A DNA stretch of 63,026 nucleotides, the filler included, from Reticulomyxa filosa (taxonomy: Eukaryota > Protista > Foraminifera): NCBI GenBank assembly GCA_000512085.1. It is 19 parts of 19 records of this genome, joined end to end, with 100 filler letters (N's around TTAATTAATTAA, not from the genome) between each part and the next. Parts side by side here need not be neighbours in the genome. Positions count along the whole stretch, not along the records: positions 51,664 to 61,471 come from ASPP01001531.1; positions 61,572 to 63,026 come from ASPP01036487.1; 17 more parts are not named here. One strand, given 5' to 3'. The notes beneath the pieces were generated by a model. The model saw nothing but the letters and a program-made list of their open reading frames with translations, was not told the DNA's origin and searched no databases. The position numbers and the translations under genes were made by a program. Shown piece by piece: positions 53,050-63,026 of the stretch. How positions within the stretch are numbered: the first letter of the stretch is position 1; each line of letters begins with the position of its first letter.

Positions 53050-55100
53050 CTCGAAGTTGGTATCAATGAGCAACTAATTCAAAATTTCAATGGTGCGAAG
53101 GATGGACAAATGGAACAAAAAGAAAACCAAGATGGTAAACAAAGAATTGTAAGGCAGCCAGATGTGACATGTCAAAGTGCTCTATCCAAGACTGAAGATG
53201 TTGACAATTGTATATTCAATGGGCCATTCGACAAAGGCAAATCAAGGCCAAAATCGCATTTCAAGTAATGCAGAGTGAACCATATTGCTCGTGAATGCCC
53301 AAGGAAGCGCAAATCACGAAGCGGCAAAATGCCAAAAGCAGCACCCAAGCGATTCATTGCAATGTGATTTGATTCGCAAAGCAAGAGAAAAGCTTGGTAT
53401 TAAATTGACAAGGAAGGAAGATGCATTCCTGAAAAAAAAGGCATCTCAACCAATTCCAATTAAATCAAACGTGCAGTGGCAACCAAAGAATTATTCTTAG
53501 CCAAAGGACAAGGGAAGAAAATGAAATCAACGTTACAAATACCAATATGCAAGCAGATCCATGATCAGCAGTCTATTGGTGTTCCAGAACAACATCAACT
53601 GGTTTTATTCCAAGGCCCAAATATTAGAACAAAATTTGCATCTGTTTATTGCAAGAAGGATTTAGATCAAAGAAGAAGGACATTGATTATAATTTCCAGT
53701 ATCTTTATGTTCATCACTGGAGAGACAGGAAGATCTGGAGCGTTATGTCGAAGAGATTTGCATTCATTATTCAATAGCATGCTGATACATTCAATGTATT
53801 TGGTTATGAATCGTGTTGGGTGGAAATTTCATGTCCTGATCAAAAGAAATCGTTATCAGTTTCTATCGAAATCTGCACTGTAATCATTTAATATACAAGC
53901 ATTCGAGCAAGAATTAAAATCAGCTCAGAAAATAACTGAACACATTATCATTGGAGGAGATTGGAATGCACATCCCCGCGTGGTTGGACCAGAATACTGA
54001 CGATACATCTCATTTGACTGCACATTAATTAGTAATTGGAGAACGGATGATGTTGAATTGGATGTGCAAGCAACGAAAAGGCCCCCAAAGGCTCAGACTT
54101 CAACAAATTTTTGTTTGTTTGTTTTATTTTTGGTGCAATAGTTTAATTTAAGTTTGTTAGTGGTGGCTGATTTTGTGCACTTTAATTTAATTGATATTTT
54201 ACCATCGAAGCATATAACATTATAATTTGTTGAAGCCTTGTAGAGTCTGAACGTGGTCCCAAAGGGACCCTTAGATTCCCTTTGAGCTTCACAGAGGTGA
54301 GCAATGCGAATATATGGTGATTACAAATGTTTTGTTGGTTAAATTGATATTACTTTAAATTGTATAAATGATACAAGATTTATTTTCACCAAAACAAATT
54401 TTAAAGTAAAATTATTGCTCCAATGTTGAAGCATGGATGTTATTTGTTAGTTACTCTTTGTAACGTATTGTATTATTTAGTACTGTTTTCAATTTTGAGT
54501 GAGGTGCTTGTTTTACAATATTTTGCCTTTGTGTCAATTTAACAAATTACATTCTTTTCATCTAAAAAAAAAAAAAAGTTCAGAAATCAAGAACAAATTT
54601 CGTAAACAAAGGATATCAATGAATTTGATGATGTATAATAAAATTACCAAGCAATTGCGACGGAAATTGTTATTAGAAAAGCATCAACACATGGTGAAAA
54701 GCATTGATTCATTGCATTAAAGGAATACAAGGAACTTATTCACGCAATTTAAGGCATTAAACACCAATTCAGGTACAGATAAAGTATATCTGTTAGTAAA
54801 AGATATTTGCAGAGCCACCTCAGCCTCCAAAAGATGAAAAGTATTATGAGACAGTAGAAGAAGATATTAGATTTAAAGTTGCGATATCTAAACATTGGCG
54901 GATTGACAGCTTCTTATCGGAAGAGTATTATTGAATGGAACCAATTCAGAATGGATGGAATTCAATACTGGTGTTCCTCAAGGATCTGCGTTATCCCCAA
55001 TATTGTTCTTATTAATGATCTACCTGATGTTAACGAGATGGAATGTCATAATCTTGTACAAGATTTGGAATGAATCGAGACCAAAGACATTTCTGAATTA
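53050..55100 (+). mobile_element. Decayed APE-type non-LTR retrotransposon (LINE): ORF1-like, endonuclease and RT remnants
   Basis: Zinc-knuckle-like remnants CRVNHIARECP and CQKQHPSDSLQC (about 53270-53370); APE motif HIIIGGDWNAH (about 53940-53975); RT LNGTNSEWMEFNTGVPQGSALSPILFLL (about 54930-55015). Correct order but many stops, frameshifts and deletions. Confidence 0.8.
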
Positions 55101-56615
55101 TATCTCATTGGCTGGTAAATTGTCAACATTATCTCGTGGATGTATCGGATTCACATGCAATTATAAATGTACCACCAATGCAAATTGCAACAAGTCACCA
55201 TTTGCAATCTTCAATGAGCCAACACAGGTATCGTTGGACAATGATTGCATGTGATATTTTGCGATGGGAGCAAAAAGTTGAAGTATTTTTTCTTTGCTTG
55301 TATCGGCCTTTTCCTTTGGTTTCCAGGCCTTAGTGGTCTTGCCTTTGGTTTCAATGTCTTCAAAAATCTTCAGTTGCCTTTTCTTGATCGGAACCTGAGG
55401 CTCCTCCACGCTGCCGGCGCGATTGCTTTCCTCGCATCGCGATGTATTTTGGCATTCTTGCCACTCTCTTTCGCTTGGCTGTTACCCCCTGTTTGCTTTT
55501 AGCTGGTCAATGATGATAAATGGGGATATATGCATATATATTTTTTTTTTAATTTGTTTGGCGAATAGTGAATGACGAAGCAGGAGCATCAAGTATTTGA
55601 TTAAAAATTACAATTTGTTATGAAAATAACTGAATATATTATCACTGGAGAATATTGGAATGCAAATCATCGGCATGATTGGATAGTGTATCCTTGATTT
55701 CATCGTATCAAATCTTTCACCACGAATTGAACGATGAAAAGTAATATTTGACGAAATATATTGATCCAATTGTATCGAGAGATCAAGGTTCTTTGTATAA
55801 AGCGTCGAATCTTGGATCAAATGTGTTAAAACTGGAAAAGTGACAATTGGTATCAGTTTAAGTTCAAAAATCAAAGATTTCGTAAACAAAGAACAAGGCC
55901 ATCATTTTGAATGATGCTGTAGACATTTATAAGTGGAAAAGAATTAAAATGACATTCAATGTTATTTCTCACTTCTTCCTCTTGAATTAAGACTAATACA
56001 AAAATATATGAAGCTTTATCACAAGTGCGTCATATAATCAGTCCGACTCAACTGTCGTAATCTTGTATTGATATACAATATTTGTAATGAATCAAATGCT
56101 TATTTGAATTATATTTTATGTAATGATATTGATTAAATAATTCAACAAACATTTATGTTGAACAGTATACATTTATATCACATAAAATACAAAGACCAGA
56201 CAACATTCAAAATCACCGATTTATAACCATTCAATTGTAGTTTCATTAGTCATACACTATTCGTAAATGTTGATTTTTTTGATTTTGACAAATGTAGTAG
56301 ATCAAGAATAATAAAAGCATTGAAGCCTTCCACCGACTGTTTATATGTCCTGGTGGCAAGCATTTTAATTTTTTTTTAATCTCTACAGCTTTGCCAATTT
56401 ATTTTTTTGTATTGTCTTTGCCAAGTGCATCAACGCTATGCAAAGAGCGCGTTTCAGTCGCCAACAACTCATTTCATATTTTTCTTGATTTTCCATTGCC
56501 GTCCATCTGGATCATTCGTTTTTATATGTTTCTCGTGGAGCTGCTACTTCTTCTTTTCAAAATTAAACAAAAACTTTTCAGTGTTTGTACCTTTGTCCTC
56601 TGAATATTCCATCGT

Positions 56616-56875
56616 CCTGGATAGTCAATGTATTAAAATATTAGATTTCAAAGTTTTGAAATGAGATTGGCCAACGAAGTGATAAAAAATACGTAACATG
56701 ACCTGCTAAATAGATTGAATGAAACAACAAAACAATTGATATCCTCTCTTGCCTGAAGATAAATGTACAACGTCAACCTGCATGTTGCCAATGTCAGGAG
56801 AGACCACAATAGGATAGCGTATTTGTTTTGGCCGTGATGACAGCATCTTTTTCTCGAATAATATTCTTGTTTTAA
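56616..56875 (-). repeat. Dispersed paralogous segment, copy 2
   Basis: Encodes MLSSRPKQIRYPIVVSPDIGNMQVDVVHLSS; homologous to 38616-38878. Confidence 0.8.
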
Positions 56876-57989
56876 TATTTTTTTTTTTTTTTCTGCAACT
56901 GTTGCACTTTGCAGAGGAGAGCATTGATGAAGGAACTCTCAAGAGCAATTTCCATGTTGTAGAAGTTTACTTTGTTGGGTTGTGTGAAGAGAAGAGCCAA
57001 AACCACAGTTGTAATGTCCAAGAGAGTTTTTCTAAAAAGGGAAAAGTTTTTCTCTTTAACAGAAAAATCATTACTCAATGAAAAATAATGAATCACAATT
57101 TTAATTTTCAATTTTCTAATTAATCCGTTTTTTGAAATCACAATTGTAGAAATACAATACAAAAATTTAAACAATTATTTTTTTCAAATTTTTGTAAAAA
57201 ATGTGAAAATATTCCAAAAAATTGTAAATTTACATCTTTTTTAACAAACATTTATTAGTTGTCCATTTATGTCTTAATGAAAACAAAAAGGTCTTTTTTT
57301 TTTTTTGGTTGTGTCTCTCGTCGCAACAGCTCGTCATTAGGGTGATTGCACCCTCTTCCACTAGTATGTTTTTTGTGTTTTGTTTTTTAAAAATAATTTC
57401 AACAAAAACAGAAAAGTGGCTTGTTTTTAACAGCAGTCCACTTTTTTTTAAAAAATGTCTTTTCTATTCGGATGCTGTGCGTCCTTCAACAAAAGAAAAA
57501 GAAAATGGGGTAAGGCCCCCCGTCTCCGCAAGGAGAAAATAAGGTTTGTTATATCTATTTTTTTTTTTTTTTTACATAATCAATTTTATGTGCATTTGTT
57601 ATTACAGCCGCAGCTCTATGCAAAAAAAATATATATATACGTGTCCATACTCCAAAGAAAAACTTCGGGGTTGAAGCCACCAATCGTTCAAAAAAAAATG
57701 AAAAGGTTTATTCTTTTTATTATTATTTTTTTGTTTTTTTTTATAAAAGGCTTGCTTGTGTTTGTGAATAGGCATGCACCCATCAAAAACAAATGTTTGC
57801 TCTCCCCTTCCCTTGCAAAAGAAAAAAAAATATAGGAAGATTGAATTAGAGCTTAGCTTCAATGCAAAAGTATGTTTATTTTGTTTTTTTCCTTAAAAAA
57901 TGAAAAATTTTTATTTGTCAATGTATCAATAGGAGTCAATATCGAAACAAGATTGTAAAGTATTTTTATTTTTATTTTTTTTATTTTTT

Positions 57990-58310
57990 TATTTGAGATA
58001 GCATTGATGGAGAAAATTTGTGGGAAAAGAAAAAGGAAAAAAGGGTTGAGAAAAATAAAGGGAAAAAATGTTGTGGGAAAAATGAAGAGAAAAAATATGT
58101 TAGAATTTTTATTTGAGAAAAAGAAAAATGAAAAAAAGAAATTAGAAAATTTTAAAAAATGAAAAAAAAGTTGGAAAATGATAAGAATAAAAAAATGACA
58201 ATGTGAAAAAAAGAAAAAAAAAAGATAAAATGAAGAAGAATAAAGAATAATAATAATAAGAAAGATAAGAAGAAGAAAAAAAAGAAAAAAAGAGAAAAAG
58301 AAACAGCAGC
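57990..58310. repeat. A/G-rich low-complexity tract
   Basis: Strongly purine-skewed run of A-tracts. It explains the spurious F-rich minus-strand ORF 57859-58545. Confidence 0.75.
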
Positions 58311-61250
58311 AAAACAACGATAACTCGCTTGCTGTGGAAATTGGCGTCAATTTTATGGACACAAAAAAATATTCAAAGAGTGGAGACTGATCTCTCATAA
58401 AGTGTACGTGCATATATATGCAACTTTGGATTTTTACTTGCGTGTGGTGATGATCGTGTGGATTGGGTTTGTCGAGCAAGCACCGATTACCTTTGTTGGA
58501 TTGCTTCAGGTATAAACTATGCGGCCGACGGGAGATTTGAGGCAATACTTTGTATTTGTTACATTGTCCCAGTACTTGAAGAAAATAGGATCGCCGCTTA
58601 TTCGTCTGAATGGTTTCGAGTCAACATGAGTTTTGGATCGTTAATCTTGGATTCAATACAAAATCAAGTTAGATGTATTAGAAACGCTGAGTCTATTCGG
58701 CAAGGCAAAGTGTGTTACTTATCACAAGAGCGACGAAGTGGATGGATTTCGTAGTTCAAAAACATCGTGGAACAGTTGGATAAGATTCTACCAATTCAAT
58801 ACCGGATAACTTGGTCTTGGTGTTATCAGAATAAGAAAGCAAGCTTACCAAGAAGAAAAAAGAAGACGTAGTGATATCGTGACGATATCAACATTGTAGT
58901 GTCACAACGGTGTCAGAGAAGAAGTGGCAATGAAAAAAGAACGCGTAAGTTGCTAGAAATACTTACGCAATGGAGCAAATCACACAAAGTGATAATCGTT
59001 AAATGTGAGGTTGGTTTCATTTGTGGAGGAGTTGTGCGAAATTCCATCAAGACATCAGCAATCAAGAATATGAATATGAGGAAAAATAGTCCAGAAGCCA
59101 TCGTATTTGATTTGTTTTTAAGAAAAAACTAGTCGACTAGCTTTCTGATTAATTATGGAATTGCTATTTATTTCTGGAAATGCGCAAAGTCGCCACTCGC
59201 GGGCGCGACTAACTTAACATAGCGTGCCCCAATGGGAAATACAGAACGAGTATGTCAACCAGAAACATTGAAAAACTTGTTTGCAATCAACGTCTATACA
59301 AATAATTGTCGGCGTGGCAAAGTACCAAAGACAATACCGAATTGCGGTCTGCTGGCGCCAACAAAACTAAGTCGTTATGGAAATTGTGCTAATTTTATTA
59401 ACGCAAAAAAACATAGAAACTGGTCGTATGCGTGTGCACATTGTGGTGCCGCAACTGTACAAAGAAGAAATGGAAGTCGACTAAGAAAAGGACGTAGAGG
59501 TTGTTATGAAATACTTACTCACGACAATCGAGAAAACCTCTACATTGGGAGAACATTCAATATGATATTGGTTCAACTTGGATGAGTGTGACAATTTTTT
59601 TTTTTAACAGATCAAACGAAGATTATCTTTCTTCTCTTCGTTTTCCTCCTTCTCATCCTCATATTCATATTCTTGCTGCTAATGTATTTACGGAGTTTCG
59701 CGGCAGATTTGCTGAGTGTTGTTATGTACTAGCTCTTCATGCCCGCAAGTGGGAACCTTCGTGTTTCCAGACATACACTACTTTCACATAGAACGCGACA
59801 AAAAGATGAATAAGTTGTGGAAATGTCTAGCAGTGGTAATACGAACAATTGGAAATAACTTGGCCATCAACATAGATCAAGTCGCTGGTGATGTGCCATT
59901 CCAACAATTATTCGCAAAGAGGGCGTCGAAGTGCGATTACAAACTCCAACGAACAAGTGAAACGTGTTTATAAAAATAGTGCTAAACTACTCAGTCAAAA
60001 CTGGCCGTGTGCGTACGCATTTTCGCAACTTTGAATTTTTAATCTTGCGTGTGCTGCTGATAGGAATTATGAACTTGTGAGTGACATATGCATTAATGAT
60101 CGTGAGAATATAGAGAGAAATGGTAGCATTTTCTGTCTCATTTAGGCAAAGGTTATCGGCGTTTATTCGAAGACTCGAGGCACTTGGATCTTGCAGTGAT
60201 TGTCTCCGGATCGACTATGAACTACGAACGGCGTGTTGAATGAGACACAATACTTTGTATTGGTTGCATTATCCCAGCACTTAAAGAACAATAAAGTACA
60301 GATCGCCAATTTGTATTTTTTTAATTTGGATTCGAGTCGACATGGTTTTAAATTGTGAATCGTGCAGTGATCAAAAATAGTTGAATTATTGCACTCAATA
60401 ACGCCAAGAACGAATACATCCAATGAAAATGAAAATACGAATGGTGACGTCCCTCATTGAATCGCCAATCCAATTATTATCAAATGGAATCATGGTGATG
60501 GATGCAGAAATTTCTAAGAAAGACCACTATCCAGCGCCAAGGTGCATCCCCATCATAAGAGCGACAATAGTGATGAATTTCGTATTTTGAAAATACCTAT
60601 CATAAAATGGCATTGTCCACAATTGAACTGGGACAATTCTTTTCAACGATTCCAATCTTTCTGTTTGGTGGGCTTGCTTTCGGGCAGCACCAAGATCCAG
60701 AAAGAAAAATGTAAAAATATCGCGCAAAATAAAAACGATATTAAACTGGTGTTTTGTACGCCGATATTTGGGTGTTGCTGCTGTGGTGTGCGCGGAAGAG
60801 CTAATGGTGTTTCGCCATTTATTACAAAAACAAGGTCGTGCCAATCAATAATTGGATGACTATTCAAAAATCGCTCCATATAAAAATAAAGGCTTGGATA
60901 TTGTCAATGTGTTAGTGGCGTTGGCCCTGCTGGGTGAATACGTGGGCAATATTTTATGCCAACAGTCGAGCCCCTCTATCCTCTCGCATCTCAAAAAAGT
61001 GGTCATGTGGATACGAACGAATTTTTCGGTTACCAAAAACCGAATCACTCAAATTCGAAAAGTAGAATGGTCTGACATTGGCAAAACCGCTACGCAAAGA
61101 AATGGTAGTTCTAGGGGAAGAGCATTTCAGTGATAATATCTTCAACTGTTCATACTTGATGGAGGCATTATCATTGAAATCAACGCACATTCCAACACAA
61201 GAACCCAAGTATTTTGTTGGTAATTTGTGTGCATGTCCTCTTTCTGTTAC
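58310..61250 (+). pseudogene. Two decayed tandem copies of an unknown gene or element
   Basis: Homologous blocks 58401-58455 vs 60007-60061, 58545-58596 vs 60250-60307 and 58611-58646 vs 60327-60361. All frames are interrupted. Confidence 0.5.
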
Positions 61251-61571
61251 CTACGCTATAATTCGTGATTGGATCCATTGCTTGAAAAATTTTTTCTTTA
61301 TGTGTACATATTTAACATAAAACATCTTTATAACTTATATTTATTATTCATATGTGTTGCTTGAACTTTTGAATAGATATTTGAAGATGTGCAAATGGAA
61401 ATTACAAGTTGTTGCTGTTAATATTACTATTGGTGCTAAAGTGAATCCCCAGCAAAAATAGTAATAGTGATNNNNNNNNNNNNNNNNNNNNNNNNNNNNN
61501 NNNNNNNNNNNNNNNTTAATTAATTAANNNNNNNNNNNNNNNNNNNNNNNNNNNNNNNNNNNNNNNNNNNN

Positions 61572-63026
61572 TGAAAAGTCTGGAAGCTAAGGTGAAAGAG
61601 CTAATTAGTAATAGAGCCGAATTAAAAGCAAAAAACTCACTCCATTTTAAAATCAGAAACATAAATGGTCAAAATATTGACAATGATCAAAAACTTCGAA
61701 TTGCATTCGATACTAACCCTGTTCGCCTTTTTATTCATTTCATTCACAGTTTTGTTTCTTTTTTAAAAAGGAGATATACTTTCTTTTTTTTAAAAAAAGT
61801 TGGATTGGAAATGCAAATAATCAAAAATCAATGACGAAGATACAAAATATCCTGACGATGAAAAACAAGATATTAAAAATATTGAATTGGATCAAAATAA
61901 ACCATGGAATGAAGCGAACAAGACAGCTCATACAATAGTCGAGCAAATGATTAAAAAAAAACAAAAAGGAATTGTGATTGTTTCAACCAATCTTGATCAA
62001 TTTGCAAAGTCAAATGATCGATGGTTTTTTCAGGATATTGATTTTTCAATGATGATTAATTCAAATAAATACATGAAAGAAAAAAAGGTGATTTCACCAT
62101 ATGTTGTTTATTTATTTATTTCAAAAAATATCACATTTGATAATATTACAATCGATGGATGTGTTTATGTTATTGATTGTATAATCAATGGAATTGGTCA
62201 TTTTCACATTACTCAACATCTTATTCATACCAAACAATCTGTTATTAATTATCATTTTAAGCAACCTATTTTCACTGTCTCATTGCCCATTGATGTAGAC
62301 AAGATTTTTAAATCAGGAATTGATTCATACAAGAAATCAAATTTTGATGAAGCCATTTCATTGATTCGTTTTGCGCTTTGTGCTATGTTGCAAACGCTAG
62401 ATGATTCTGGTATTGAAGTCGCGAGCGCTGTTAACTGGTTAGGACGTGTATACTATAAGAAAGCAGAATACGATAAAGCATATGAATATCACAAAAAAGC
62501 ATTGAATATTTATTTTGAACAAATCGACGTAAATCAAATAAAAGTTGCCAATTGTTACTGTCACTTGGGAAACATTTGTCTTGGAAAAGGAGAATATGCT
62601 GAATCAATTGAATATTATAAAAAATACTTGAAAATTTTATCACCACAATTAGGTGAAGATCACAAAAATGTTGCAACATCGTTCTATAATTTAGGAAATT
62701 CATATTTTGAAACAGGAGAATATGAAACATCGATTGAATATCATGAAAAGGCATTGAATATTCGATTAAAGAAATTTGGTGAAAAACATGAATCTGTTGC
62801 ACGGTCATTGAATGAATTGGGATTGGTGTGGATAAAAGGAAAACAGCAAACGAACAAAGCTAAAGAATATATTGATAAATCTTTGGAAATTTTGATAAAT
62901 GATAAGAGTAATAACTTTGATTTAGACCTTACAAAATCCTATGATGTGTTGGGATTGATATTAGAAAAGAACGGAACAAATAAAGAAGCAATTCAATATT
63001 TTGAAAAGTCATTAAAAATTAAATTT
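61572..63026 (+). CDS. Tetratricopeptide-repeat protein (partial at both ends)
   Basis: Open frame from about 61821 to the window end (absent from the ORF track because it has no stop). Carries 42-aa TPRs such as VATSFYNLGNSYFETGEYETSIEYHEKALNIRLKKFGEKHESVA. Upstream exon at about 61572-61745. Confidence 0.9.

Noticed and set aside
57859-58545. 228-aa Phe-rich membrane-protein ORF
   Set aside because: It is the reverse reading of an A-rich low-complexity tract.
62431-62808. 125-aa minus-strand ORF
   Set aside because: Antisense shadow of the plus-strand TPR gene. The same applies to most short ORFs opposite eEF2, MmpL, Sec6 and bamA.
1-63026. CRISPR arrays, rRNA, tRNA or an alternative genetic code
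   Set aside because: No repeat-spacer array, rRNA or cloverleaf was seen by eye. Conserved genes translate with the standard code and end in ordinary stops.

Overview
This window is not one locus. It is 19 short contigs joined by 18 identical artificial 100-bp spacers (N44-TTAATTAATTAA-N44, stops in all six frames), so adjacency across spacers means nothing. Eighteen contigs look like an AT-rich eukaryote with short GT-AG introns and microsatellites. Their Kelch, TPR and TRAF-RING families resemble the foraminiferan Reticulomyxa (my inference, no search run). Recognisable genes: eEF2, exocyst Sec6/EXOC3, an intron-containing MmpL/RND-type transporter, a RanBP2-zinc-finger/Kelch protein, an OTUD5/OTLD1-like 3' end, a DRAM/Frag1-like membrane protein, a TPR protein, several surface proteins, and a large Rab3GAP2-like gene that seems to carry two inserted DEP domains and a C-terminal SPRY domain. 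One contig (24254-25573) is GC-rich bacterial DNA (bamA-skp), most likely a contaminant. The 51664-61471 contig holds decayed non-LTR retrotransposon pieces, including a 479-bp apparently perfect inverted repeat of a dead RT fragment. All calls are from motif recognition by eye and exon limits are approximate unless stated. I found no complete multi-gene novel system; the best leads are the Rab3GAP2-DEP-SPRY architecture, the eukaryotic MmpL, the RT hairpin and a duplicated Cys-rich surface domain.
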